In this document: piece by piece, positions 9,127 to 17,986 of the stretch | How the letters are laid out: each line of letters begins with the position of its first letter | How positions within the stretch are numbered: position 1 is the first letter of the stretch | From: Candidatus Staskawiczbacteria bacterium RIFOXYD1_FULL_32_13 | GTDB taxonomy: Bacteria; Patescibacteriota; Minisyncoccia; Minisyncoccales; Staskawiczbacteraceae | DNA length: 38,732 nucleotides | Direction of reading: 5' to 3' | NCBI GenBank assembly: GCA_001820485.1 | Contig: MHPU01000020.1 | Coordinates: 11,589 to 50,320, forward strand | Made by a program: the position numbers and the translations under genes | The notes under the pieces: model-generated | Database searches by the model: none | What the model saw: only the letters and a program-made list of their open reading frames with translations | What the model was told of the DNA's origin: nothing

Positions 9127-9198
9127 GTCATTCCCGCGAAAGCGGGAATCCAGAGAACGTTAATTTAACTCTGGATCCCCGATCAAGTCAGGGATGAC
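9127..9198. repeat. Palindromic element, family A, intergenic (8 nt past the nusA stop)
   Basis: GTCATTCCCGCGAAAGCGGGAATCCAGAG...CTCTGGATCCCCGATCAAGTCAGGGATGAC. Confidence 0.9.
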
Positions 9199-9206
9199 AA
9201 GTGAAA

Positions 9207-10475
9207 TTATTTTGCTTCTTCCGGCTCTTCGCCCTTCTTCTTTTTGGATTTTTTAACTTTTTTTTCTTTTACTGGCTTATCTTCTTTTACTTCTTCTATT
9301 TTTTCCTCATTTTCTTCCTCTTTTAGAGCAGGTTTAATATCTATTTTCCAACCTGTTAAATTAGCAGCTAATCTTACGTTTCTACCATCTTTACCAATTG
9401 CTAAAGATAATTGATCTTCTGGCACAAAAACTGTAGCTGTATTTTTGTCTTCCACTTTTACACTACTAACTTTAGCTGGGCTTAGGGAATTAGCAATAAA
9501 TTTTTCTGGTTTTTCAGTCCATTCTACTACATCAATTTTTTCTCCTCCTAATTCATTTATCACAGCAATAATTCTTGTTCCACGCTGACCAACACAACTT
9601 CCTATTGGATCAATACCATCTTCTGTGGAAGCTACTGCCATTTTTGTTCTAAAACCCGGTTCTCTGGCAATTGCTTTAATAACTACTGTGCCTGCTGTAA
9701 TTTCTGGAACTTCTAATTCAAAAAGCCTTGAAACCAATTTTGGATAAACACGAGAAAGTAACACAATAGAACCCTTTGAAGTATCTTCAACTTTTAAAAT
9801 ATAACATTTTACTCTTTGTCCTGGTTTGTAATATTCTCCAGGAATTTGCTCTTCTCTGTTTAAAAGACCTAAAGTTTTACCAATATCAACATAAATAGTA
9901 GAGCCTTCAATCCTTTGAACTAGTCCAGATACAATTTCCCCTTCTTTAGATTTAAATTCATTTGCAATAGTTTCTTTTTCTGCTTCTCTAATTTTCTGCA
10001 AAATAACTTGTTTTGCAGTTTGAGCTGCAATTCTACCATAATCCTCTTGAGGCTTTAAAGGAATTTCAATTTCTTCTCCAGCCTTTATACTAGGATAATC
10101 TTTTTTAGCATCTTCAATCATTATGTGTTTTTCTGGATTAAAAATAACTTTTTTTGGTTCTTCTAATGCGCCATCTTCTGTGGTTTTTTGAATTCTATCA
10201 AAATCTTCGTGAGGAATAATCTTTTTTTCTTTTAATTCTTCAATTTCTTCTTCTGTATAAAGCATTGAATCATCTACTACAAGCTTTATTTGCCAAAATT
10301 TTGAATCACCTGAGACTGGGTCGAATTTTGTTTTAATTTTTTGTCCTTTTTCTCCATAATCTTTTTTATAAGCAGTTGCCAAAGCAGCTTCTATTGTTTC
10401 AATAATTTTTTCTGGTGTAATTCCTCTTGCTTCTGCAATTTGAGCTAATGCTCTATGAAATGATTTTATATCCAC
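9207..10475 (-). CDS. nusA: Transcription termination/antitermination factor NusA
   Basis: YGRIAAQTAKQVILQKIREAE, S1 and KH domains, AREPGFRTK, SLAIGKDGRNVRLA. Start moved to the GTG at 10475 because the upstream codons are repeat-derived. Confidence 0.95.
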   Translation of the reverse strand: MDIKSFHRALAQIAEARGITPEKIIETIEAALATAYKKDYGEKGQKIKTKFDPVSGDSKFWQIKLVVDDSMLYTEEEIEELKEKKIIPHEDFDRIQKTTEDGALEEPKKVIFNPEKHIMIEDAKKDYPSIKAGEEIEIPLKPQEDYGRIAAQTAKQVILQKIREAEKETIANEFKSKEGEIVSGLVQRIEGSTIYVDIGKTLGLLNREEQIPGEYYKPGQRVKCYILKVEDTSKGSIVLLSRVYPKLVSRLFELEVPEITAGTVVIKAIAREPGFRTKMAVASTEDGIDPIGSCVGQRGTRIIAVINELGGEKIDVVEWTEKPEKFIANSLSPAKVSSVKVEDKNTATVFVPEDQLSLAIGKDGRNVRLAANLTGWKIDIKPALKEEENEEKIEEVKEDKPVKEKKVKKSKKKKGEEPEEAK

Positions 10476-10481
10476 TGTACT

Positions 10482-10551
10482 AAAATTCCAAATTCCAAAT
10501 AACAAATTCCAAACTATTCGTTTGTGATTTGGTGCTTGTGATTTGTGATTT
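10482..10551 (-). repeat. Empty heptamer inverted-repeat element in the nusA leader
   Basis: Arms are 29/32 and 28/32 identical to those flanking the four-helix-bundle gene, with only 6 nt between them. Confidence 0.85.
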
Positions 10552-10554
10552 ATT

Positions 10555-10582
10555 TAAAATAAAAGTCCGTGGTCAAACGGAC
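10555..10582 (-). terminator. Putative leader terminator (attenuator) upstream of nusA
   Basis: Minus strand GTCCGT-TTGACC-ACGGAC-TTTTATTTT, between promoter and start. Confidence 0.5.
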
Positions 10583-10606
10583 AAACTTTCTTATCTTCTA
10601 TATATA

Positions 10607-10635
10607 ATGCTATCAGAAGTGGGTTTTAATGTCAA
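10607..10635 (-). promoter_or_regulatory. Sigma70 promoter for nusA
   Basis: TTGACA-17 nt-TAGCAT. Confidence 0.6.
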
Positions 10636-10681
10636 TATCTATTGAAAATCTGTCAAATTTATGTTTAAATTAAAAAAATAA

Positions 10682-10765
10682 GCCACGGTGATGAAATTGG
10701 CAAACATTCGGCACTCAAAATGCCGCGAGCGCAAGCTCTTGTGGGTTCAAGTCCCACCCGTGGCA
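10682..10765 (+). tRNA. tRNA-Leu (anticodon CAA), CCA not encoded
   Basis: Acceptor GCCACGG/CCGTGGC+A; anticodon arm CGGCA-CTCAAAA-TGCCG; long variable arm GAGCGCAAGCTC; T-arm GTGGG-TTCAAGT-CCCAC. Confidence 0.95.
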
Positions 10766-10766
10766 C

Positions 10767-11387
10767 ATGAGAGGGTATTTTCGTAAAACAATTCTTAATA
10801 AAGACAAGGGATTACAAGCTTATGTTATTGGTCTCGCACTCGGCGATGGTAATTTATCTAATCCAAACGGCAAAGCTACAAGATTAAGAATAACCTGCGA
10901 CAAAAAATATCCTTTTTTGATTACAAAAATTTGTAAAGCATTAGAAAAACTGTTTCCAGAAAATAAAGTTTCTATCGTAGACAGAGATAAAGGGTGTGTT
11001 GATATAAGTATTTATTCAAATCATTTTGAAAAATTGCTAGGATGGAAAGCAAAAAACGGTTCAAAATTTGTCCAAAAAGTTAACGTACCAAATTGGATTA
11101 AAGAAAATAATAACTATAAAATAAATTGTTTACGAGGACTCATAGAAACTGATGGTTCAATTTATAACGATAGAGGCTATACAATGATGATTTTTACTTC
11201 AGTAATACCCGCGCTTGCAAAAGATTTTTATGATATGATTTTATCTCTTGAATTTAATCCTCATCTGTATTTAATAAAAAGAGGTAAAACTGCGGAATAT
11301 AAATATAGCCAGCAAGATGTTTATCATATTCGGCTTTCAAAAAATGTTTCTAAATTTTTAGAACTAGTAAAACCAGAAAAAATATAA
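10767..11387 (+). CDS. Free-standing double-motif LAGLIDADG endonuclease-like protein
   Basis: AYVIGLALGDGNL and CLRGLIETDGSI motifs; no intein splicing residues seen. Confidence 0.85.
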   Translation: MRGYFRKTILNKDKGLQAYVIGLALGDGNLSNPNGKATRLRITCDKKYPFLITKICKALEKLFPENKVSIVDRDKGCVDISIYSNHFEKLLGWKAKNGSKFVQKVNVPNWIKENNNYKINCLRGLIETDGSIYNDRGYTMMIFTSVIPALAKDFYDMILSLEFNPHLYLIKRGKTAEYKYSQQDVYHIRLSKNVSKFLELVKPEKI

Positions 11388-11391
11388 AATA

Positions 11392-11422
11392 AAAACGGCT
11401 TTGAGAAATTCAAGGCCGTTTT
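11392..11422. terminator. Bidirectional terminator between convergent genes
   Basis: AAAACGGCTTTGA/TCAAGGCCGTTTT. Confidence 0.7.
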
Positions 11423-11431
11423 GTTTTATAT

Positions 11432-12178
11432 TTATAAAATATATTCTTCTAGAGGCTCTGGCAAAATTATTTTTAAACCTGTGTCGGGTATTGCTTCTTT
11501 AACTTTAGCCCTAGTTTCATTATTAAATTTTCTTTTAAAGTGAGCTAACGCCAAACATTTTACATTTTGTCTTTTTGCCATTTCAAAAATATCAACTGCT
11601 GCAACATGTCCTTTTATTCTTTCGTCAAACATATAACATTCGTGCATTAAAATATCTGCATCTTTATATAATTTTTCTGGATTTTCATCAAAAGGTCCAT
11701 CCCCACTATAACAAACAATATTTCTACCATTATCAATTCTTATAGCTAAATTATAGGCAGTATGCAAGGTTTTTGCAAAACTTAATTTTAATTCATTAAA
11801 CTGAACACTTTCCCCATCTTTTGCAATCACAAAATTAACTTTGAATCCATAACTATCTATTCCAAAATATGAATGCTGACATAATCTTTCAATATCTACT
11901 TTAAGTTGCTCTGAGCAAATTATAGTTAATTCTTTTTTTCTATCTTCTTCCAACATTCTACCTAAAAGATTTGGCACTCCAAATAAATGATCTGAATGCC
12001 TATGAGTTATATACAAAACATCAATTAAAGAATGGTCTTTGGTATATTTCCATAACTGTCTTACGGCCGAATCTCCACAATCAAGCATTATGGCGGTTTT
12101 TTCTGACAAAACTAAATGCGAATGATTGGGGTATCTTTCGTCAAACGCTTCGCCTACTCCCAAAAATATTATTTTCAT
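11432..12178 (-). CDS. Metallo-beta-lactamase fold hydrolase, RNase Z-like
   Basis: MLDCG, THRHSDH, YSGD, LMHEC, LAHF. Confidence 0.85.
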   Translation of the reverse strand: MKIIFLGVGEAFDERYPNHSHLVLSEKTAIMLDCGDSAVRQLWKYTKDHSLIDVLYITHRHSDHLFGVPNLLGRMLEEDRKKELTIICSEQLKVDIERLCQHSYFGIDSYGFKVNFVIAKDGESVQFNELKLSFAKTLHTAYNLAIRIDNGRNIVCYSGDGPFDENPEKLYKDADILMHECYMFDERIKGHVAAVDIFEMAKRQNVKCLALAHFKRKFNNETRAKVKEAIPDTGLKIILPEPLEEYIL

Positions 12179-12189
12179 ATTTCTGATAC

Positions 12190-12732
12190 TTAATTATTAT
12201 AATTTTTTATTATTTTGTGCGCATGTTTCCTAAATAATATATTTAAAGTAAAGCCCATTATAACCCCGATTACAGCTCCAGCTAAAATATCACTTGGCCA
12301 ATGTATTCCTACAAAAACGCGAGAAAACACAATTAATAAACTAAAAATATAAAAAGCAATTCCTAGTTTTTTATGATAAAAATAAATTATTGTAGAAAGC
12401 GCAAAATAAAAACAAGCATGGCCCGAAGGGAATGAAGCTTCAAGAGAATTATAATTTATTAATTGATTTACTTGATGATTTACAAAAGGTCTTGGCCTAA
12501 ACCAAATTTTCCTAATAATTTCAGCTACAACAAATCTTGTAACCACAGCTGCAATTACAGCTTCTAAACCCATCTTCCAATATTTTTTAAAGTTATAAAT
12601 TAAAATCATTACTAAAAAAACAGCTAAAATATATTCAGAATTTTCTGCCACAAAAATAGCTAGCGTGTCTAGCCATGCATATTTTCCCGCCAGTCCATTT
12701 ATTAAATTAAATAAATATAAATCTAAGTTCAT
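12190..12732 (-). CDS. PAP2 family phosphatase (BcrC-like undecaprenyl-PP phosphatase)
   Basis: RPRPF, SFPSGH, SRVFVGIHWPSDILAG. Confidence 0.9.
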   Translation of the reverse strand: MNLDLYLFNLINGLAGKYAWLDTLAIFVAENSEYILAVFLVMILIYNFKKYWKMGLEAVIAAVVTRFVVAEIIRKIWFRPRPFVNHQVNQLINYNSLEASFPSGHACFYFALSTIIYFYHKKLGIAFYIFSLLIVFSRVFVGIHWPSDILAGAVIGVIMGFTLNILFRKHAHKIIKNYNN

Positions 12733-13317
12733 TTATTTTATGTAGTATTGCCATGGCACGTGTTCCATAGAAGCTCCCGCGAGCTTTCTCCTTTCTTCTA
12801 TAATATTTCTTATTTTTCTAGGATTATCTACCTGTACTATCTTGCGCAATTTAAAACTATCTTTATCTAACTCTTCTAAAATTCTCAACGATCCAACATT
12901 AAATTTTTTATAGTATACTGGCATATCCGTACTTATACCAATTATGTTTTTGTAAAAAATATCTTTATTATTATCATTCATTGATGGGCTAAAAGACCCC
13001 CTTTTAAAACTTATTCTATCTTTTTTCAAATAATATTCCGTATTAAATATTGTTTGTATTTTTATCATAGTCAAAATAGTATTTAAAATTAAAACACAAC
13101 CTATCACACGTATTACTAAATCAAAACTGAGAACTCCTGACGTTGGCAAAAAAATATCAAATGGTTTAAGCATAAAATGTGCACCAATGTATCCAAAAAC
13201 AAGAACCGCAATACTAACAAGTATTTCACTAATAAATGCCAATGGGGCATCTATCCAAAAAATAATTTTTGGTTTTAATATAATTATGTCACCCGAAATA
13301 GTTGTATGATTTTTCAT
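12733..13317 (-). CDS. Membrane protein with probable bacterial PH domain
   Basis: Two TM helices, then TEYYLKKDRISFKRG...FNVGSLRI...VDNPRKI. Confidence 0.6.
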   Translation of the reverse strand: MKNHTTISGDIIILKPKIIFWIDAPLAFISEILVSIAVLVFGYIGAHFMLKPFDIFLPTSGVLSFDLVIRVIGCVLILNTILTMIKIQTIFNTEYYLKKDRISFKRGSFSPSMNDNNKDIFYKNIIGISTDMPVYYKKFNVGSLRILEELDKDSFKLRKIVQVDNPRKIRNIIEERRKLAGASMEHVPWQYYIK

Positions 13318-13321
13318 ATTT

Positions 13322-14650
13322 TTATTTAGGAAGAGGGAATTTTTTACAAAATTTTAAAACTTCCTGACTTATTTTTTTTAATTCTTTGTTTACTTTAATC
13401 TCTTTTCTAAAATTCCTCAAATAAATAATTCTTTCTTCTTTTTCTGTTGGAAGTTGATATTTTTTTATTTCTTCTACTGTTTTTGCAATCCAAGTGGCAA
13501 TTATTTTCATTTCTTTTTCTTTCATTCCCCTTGTTGTAATAGCTGGGGTTCCAAGCCTTACTCCACTTGGATAAAAAGGGCTTGAAGGATCTTGGGGAAT
13601 CATATTTTTGTTTACCGTAATGCCTGCAATATCTAAAGCATCACTTAAAAATACCCCGCGCCCAGCACTAATATCTGTTAAATCAATTAAAAGCATATGA
13701 TTATCTGTTCCACCAGAAACAATTTTTACTTTATTTTTTACAAGCTCTTGTCCTAAAACTTTCGCATTTTTGACAATTTGCTTTCCATATTTTTTAAAAT
13801 CTGGTTTTAAAGCTTCTCCTAAAGCTACAGCAATAGCAGAAATTTGATGTTCATGCGGACCACCTTGAACTCCACCAGGGAAAATTGCTTTGTTTATTTT
13901 TTCTCCAAGCTCTGGATCTTTCTTTAAACCTTTTTCTGTTACCATTACCATGCCACCCCTTGGACCTCTTAAAGTTTTATGAGTTGTAGTAGTTACAATA
14001 TGTGCATAAGGTACTGGACTTTTATGAGCTCCTGCTATTACTAACCCTGAAATATGAGCAATATCAGCTACAAAATATGCTCCAACTTCATCTGCAATTT
14101 TTGCAAATTCCTCAAAAGGAAATTCTCTAACATACGCTGTAGCTCCGCACCACATCAATTTTGGTTTATGCTCTAAAGCTAATTTTCTAATTTCATCCAT
14201 ATCTAAATACCCATCTTTTTTCACATGATAAGGAATACTTTTATAGATTTTTGAAGTTATGTTTACTTTCCAACCATGAGAAATATGTCCTCCATCTGGT
14301 AAATTATGACCCATAATTGTATCCCCCGGCTCACAAGTAGCTAAATAAACAGCAAAATTAGCAGGACTACCAGAATATGGCTGAACATTAACAAAAGGCA
14401 CGCCAAAAGCTTTTTTAGCCCTTTCAATACATAAATTTTCAACCATATCTATAATTTGGTTTCCACCATAATATCTTTTACCAGGATAACCTTCTGCATA
14501 TTTATCTGTAAGAATTGAACCTAAAGCTTCTCTTACAGCGGGCGAGCAATGATTTTCTGAAGGAATCATTTGTAAAGAATTTTTTTGACGATCTGTTTCA
14601 AGCTCAATTAATTTTGCAATTTCTGTATCAAGTTTTTTTAATTTTGCCAT
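13322..14650 (-). CDS. glyA: Serine hydroxymethyltransferase
   Basis: IPSEN, KYAEGYPGKRYYGG, TTTTHKTLRGPRGG, SGVRLGTPAITTRG. Confidence 0.97.
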   Translation of the reverse strand: MAKLKKLDTEIAKLIELETDRQKNSLQMIPSENHCSPAVREALGSILTDKYAEGYPGKRYYGGNQIIDMVENLCIERAKKAFGVPFVNVQPYSGSPANFAVYLATCEPGDTIMGHNLPDGGHISHGWKVNITSKIYKSIPYHVKKDGYLDMDEIRKLALEHKPKLMWCGATAYVREFPFEEFAKIADEVGAYFVADIAHISGLVIAGAHKSPVPYAHIVTTTTHKTLRGPRGGMVMVTEKGLKKDPELGEKINKAIFPGGVQGGPHEHQISAIAVALGEALKPDFKKYGKQIVKNAKVLGQELVKNKVKIVSGGTDNHMLLIDLTDISAGRGVFLSDALDIAGITVNKNMIPQDPSSPFYPSGVRLGTPAITTRGMKEKEMKIIATWIAKTVEEIKKYQLPTEKEERIIYLRNFRKEIKVNKELKKISQEVLKFCKKFPLPK

Positions 14651-14732
14651 TTTTTTATAATATTAATTTTAGTTATTTTAGTATAACACTTTGCTTTTAG
14701 GAAACAATAGTTTATAATAGATAAATAAACTT

Positions 14733-15761
14733 ATGATAAATCCACAAGATGAAGCTCAAGCTAAAGAATTTCTAAAAAGAATTGAAATTATCACAATGAA
14801 AAAAGACCTCAGAAAACTGAGAGAAGCTGATGCTATAAAAGAAAAAAGTAAAATAGTTTCTGGAGGGTTCAAAAAAACCTTTGGCTTTGCTCAGGACGGG
14901 TCTACTCCAAATAAAGCAGTACCGGAAGAATTGAAGGAAATAAAAGAAAAATTTGAAAGAGAAAAAATTCTTAATGAAAATTACATACAAGAAATAGAAG
15001 CAGAAAAACAATTAAAAAACTATGCAAATGAAGAAGAAAAGCAAAGAATTTTTATTTTAGAATCTCAAAAAATTGAACTAGAAAAAAAAGTAAAGGATGA
15101 AAGATTAAGACAAGAACCAGCTCTTGTAATGAAAAAAAATGATTTAAATTTAGAAAAAAAAGAAATCGAATTAAAACTTCGTGATTTAAGATCGCAAGAG
15201 GAGAAGCTTGAAGCAGAAGAAAAAGTTATATCTGAAAGAGAAAAAGCTACCAATGTTCCTTTGGAAAAAGAAACTTTAGAAAAAACTAGGCAAGATTTAG
15301 AAGCAAAAATACAAGAAATTGAAAAAAAGAGATGGGAAGTTGAGCGCGAAATATCCAAAGAAGATTCTAGTATTGAAATTGTAAATCAAGATTACAAAAA
15401 AATAATAAATGAAGAAAATGATTTAAAACAAAGAATCACAGATATTGACAAACAACTAAGACAAATATATTCTCAAATAGTGCAAAGAATTCAAGAATTA
15501 AAGAAAAAAGAAAAGGAAGATATAAAAACAGCTCAAACAGAAATAGCTAAAATAGAAACTAAAGAAAAAGAAGAAGTACAAAGAAATCAGTGGGCAAGAT
15601 CTCCATCAACTAGATATTCAGAAAAAGAATATTTAAGAACAATACCAGATAAAGTTAAAGAAAATTTAGAGAAACAAGCAGAAGCTGAAGAAGAACATAG
15701 AAGAAAATTTTTAGAGAATATAGAAACTAAAGCAAAACAAGAAGATAAAAAATATAATTAA
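14733..15761 (+). CDS. Hypothetical long coiled-coil protein
   Basis: E/K-rich heptad pattern over most of 342 aa. Confidence 0.75.
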   Translation: MINPQDEAQAKEFLKRIEIITMKKDLRKLREADAIKEKSKIVSGGFKKTFGFAQDGSTPNKAVPEELKEIKEKFEREKILNENYIQEIEAEKQLKNYANEEEKQRIFILESQKIELEKKVKDERLRQEPALVMKKNDLNLEKKEIELKLRDLRSQEEKLEAEEKVISEREKATNVPLEKETLEKTRQDLEAKIQEIEKKRWEVEREISKEDSSIEIVNQDYKKIINEENDLKQRITDIDKQLRQIYSQIVQRIQELKKKEKEDIKTAQTEIAKIETKEKEEVQRNQWARSPSTRYSEKEYLRTIPDKVKENLEKQAEAEEEHRRKFLENIETKAKQEDKKYN

Positions 15762-15772
15762 TCAAAAAATTT

Positions 15773-16144
15773 ATGTTAACAAAAAAAGATATAGAAGCTT
15801 TAAAAGAAAAATTAGAAATTGAAAAAGAAAAACTAACAAAGGAATTAGAATCTTTTGCAATAAAAGATAAAGAACTAGAACATAATTGGAATGCTCAATT
15901 TCCAAATAAAGAAAAGGGAGATAAAGAAGAAGAGGCTGATGATGCAACAGAGTATGAAAATTTAATTTCACTTGAGCATAGCTTAGAATTAAAATTAAGA
16001 GATATCACTTTAGCTTTAGAAAAAATTATAAAAAGTGAAAATGGTAAATATGGAATATGTGAAAGCTGTAATAAAGACATTGAAGAAAAAAGATTACAAG
16101 CGTGCCCAGAAGCAAAACTTTGTATGAGTTGTAATAAAGAATAA
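15773..16144 (+). CDS. TraR/DksA C4-type zinc finger protein
   Basis: Coiled coil with EEADDA, then YGICESC...RLQACPEAKLCMSC. Confidence 0.9.
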   Translation: MLTKKDIEALKEKLEIEKEKLTKELESFAIKDKELEHNWNAQFPNKEKGDKEEEADDATEYENLISLEHSLELKLRDITLALEKIIKSENGKYGICESCNKDIEEKRLQACPEAKLCMSCNKE

Positions 16145-16181
16145 ATTTAAAGCCACATCTAAAGTGGCTTTTTGTTTAACT

Positions 16182-17171
16182 ATGAAAAAATATTTTATTT
16201 TATTAATTTTTGTTATTTTTTGTTTCTTTATAAAAGATACCTTTGCTTTAGAAAAAATAAATATTAATATTGCCACCCTTGAACAATTAGATCAAATAAC
16301 AAGCGTAGGGAAGGTAACAGCACAAAAAATAATAGACTCTCGACCATTTTTATCCCTTAATGACCTATTAAAAGTCAAGGGCATAGGAGAGGCTACTTTA
16401 CAAAAAATAAAAGACCAAGGATTAGCTTGTGTTGATTGCATACCTGTCATTCCCAGCTTGACTGGGAATCCAGTAACAAACATAGAAAACTCGCAAGACA
16501 CTCTGGATTCCCGCTTACGCGGGAATGACACTAGTGATGTGCCTGTTGTTTCCATAATATATCCAAGTGGAATTATTTTTAATGAAATTTTACCAAGCCC
16601 AGAAGGGCCAGACGAACAAAATGAATTTATTGAGCTTTATAATACAAATAATTTTGATGTTGATTTATCAGAATGGAAAATAATGGACAAAGAAGGCACA
16701 AGTACAACTTTTACAATTCTGAAAGACACAAAAATTTTAGCAAATAACTTTTTAATTTTTAAAAGGCCACAAACAAAAATAAGTTTAAACAATACTAGTG
16801 ACACATTAAATCTATTTTTACCAAATGATAAAATTATAGATTCTGTTTCTTTTCCAAAGGCCATAACAAATCAATCTTATAACAAAACAGGTTTTGGATG
16901 GGCGTGGAGCTCTACTATAACCCCTAATTCAAAAAATATAATTTCTCAGCCCACTGCAACTAAAACTAATAATAATTCTACAGATAATTTAAAACTAATA
17001 GATGAAAATTTAGCTTCATTAAATAATTCTCTTGACTCGTCACCAAGCCCCATAAAAAACAATTTTTTAAGCAACAATCCTATAATATTATTTTTAATAG
17101 TTTTAATAGTAGCTATAATTTTAGCAGTTGTTGTTTTTATAATTAAACTCAAACTTTCAAAAAAACAATAA
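16182..17171 (+). CDS. ComEA-like HhH domain + lamin-tail domain + C-terminal TM helix
   Basis: Signal peptide; KININIATLEQLDQITSVG...LLKVKGIGEATL; FNEILPSPEG...EFIELYN. Start set to the ATG at 16182. Confidence 0.85.
   Translation: MKKYFILLIFVIFCFFIKDTFALEKININIATLEQLDQITSVGKVTAQKIIDSRPFLSLNDLLKVKGIGEATLQKIKDQGLACVDCIPVIPSLTGNPVTNIENSQDTLDSRLRGNDTSDVPVVSIIYPSGIIFNEILPSPEGPDEQNEFIELYNTNNFDVDLSEWKIMDKEGTSTTFTILKDTKILANNFLIFKRPQTKISLNNTSDTLNLFLPNDKIIDSVSFPKAITNQSYNKTGFGWAWSSTITPNSKNIISQPTATKTNNNSTDNLKLIDENLASLNNSLDSSPSPIKNNFLSNNPIILFLIVLIVAIILAVVVFIIKLKLSKKQ
16446..16529. repeat. Palindromic element, family A, in the linker of the ComEA-like gene
   Basis: GTCATTCCCAGCTTGACTGGGAATCCAG...CTGGATTCCCGCTTACGCGGGAATGAC; translated as VIPSLTGNP...LDSRLRGND. 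Confidence 0.9.
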
Positions 17172-17241
17172 ATAACTTGCTAAAATAAAATTTGTTTGGT
17201 AAAGTAAAGTCAAAGAATTTAAAATTAAATAATAAAAAACT

Positions 17242-17982
17242 ATGTCAGGACATTCTCATGCAAAAACAGTTATGGGCACAAAAATGGCCAATGCTGCTAA
17301 AAAAGGAAAAATATTTTCTAAATATGGTCGCCTTATTACAATAGCTGTAAAAGATGGCGGTGGTTCTGGAGACCCATCCAAAAATTCTAAGCTCAAAGCT
17401 ATAATGGAACAAGCTAAAAAAATGGATATGCCTAAGGAAAATATTGAAAGAGCTATTAAAAAAGGTACTGGTGAATTGGCTTCAGATAATTTAGAAGAAG
17501 TTTCATTTGAAGCTTTTGGCCCGGGAGGGATTGCAATGATTATAACTGGAATTACAGATAATAAAAACCGCACTTTAGGAGAAATCAAAGTTGCTTTAAA
17601 TATGAATAATGGCAAGCTAGCTGGAGAAGGAGCTGTGGCTTGGATGTTTGAGAATAAAGGCACAATTATTATTGATTTAGTTTCGCAAACAGAAGAATTA
17701 AAAAATAAGGAAAACCTAGAAATGATAGCTATTGAAGCAGGTAGCGATGATATAAAATTAGAGAATGATATTTTAATAATTTATACAAAACCAGAAGATT
17801 TAGAATTAGTTAAAAAATCTTTAGAAGAAAAAAATATAAAAATAGATTCTGCTTCCTTAAACTTGGTGGCTAAAGAAGAAGTGACTGTTTCTGATAAAGA
17901 AAGCCAGCAATGCCAAAAACTTTTTGATGTACTGGATGATAATGATGCAGTGCAAGATGTTTATTCAAACTTAAAAAACTAA
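17242..17982 (+). CDS. yebC: YebC/PmpR family protein
   Basis: MSGHS, MPKENIERAIKK, TDNKNRT, DAVQDVYSN; upstream of ruvC as usual. Confidence 0.95.
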   Translation: MSGHSHAKTVMGTKMANAAKKGKIFSKYGRLITIAVKDGGGSGDPSKNSKLKAIMEQAKKMDMPKENIERAIKKGTGELASDNLEEVSFEAFGPGGIAMIITGITDNKNRTLGEIKVALNMNNGKLAGEGAVAWMFENKGTIIIDLVSQTEELKNKENLEMIAIEAGSDDIKLENDILIIYTKPEDLELVKKSLEEKNIKIDSASLNLVAKEEVTVSDKESQQCQKLFDVLDDNDAVQDVYSNLKN

Positions 17983-17986
17983 ACAA

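Noticed and set aside
10476-10505. N-terminal extension of NusA (MLFGIWNFST)
   Set aside because: It translates the heptamer arm; the GTG at 10475 fits better. The same applies to the prgI extension at 27729-27758.
10682-11387. Group I intron or intein in or next to tRNA-Leu
   Set aside because: The tRNA is uninterrupted, no intron core is visible, and the ORF lacks intein splicing motifs.
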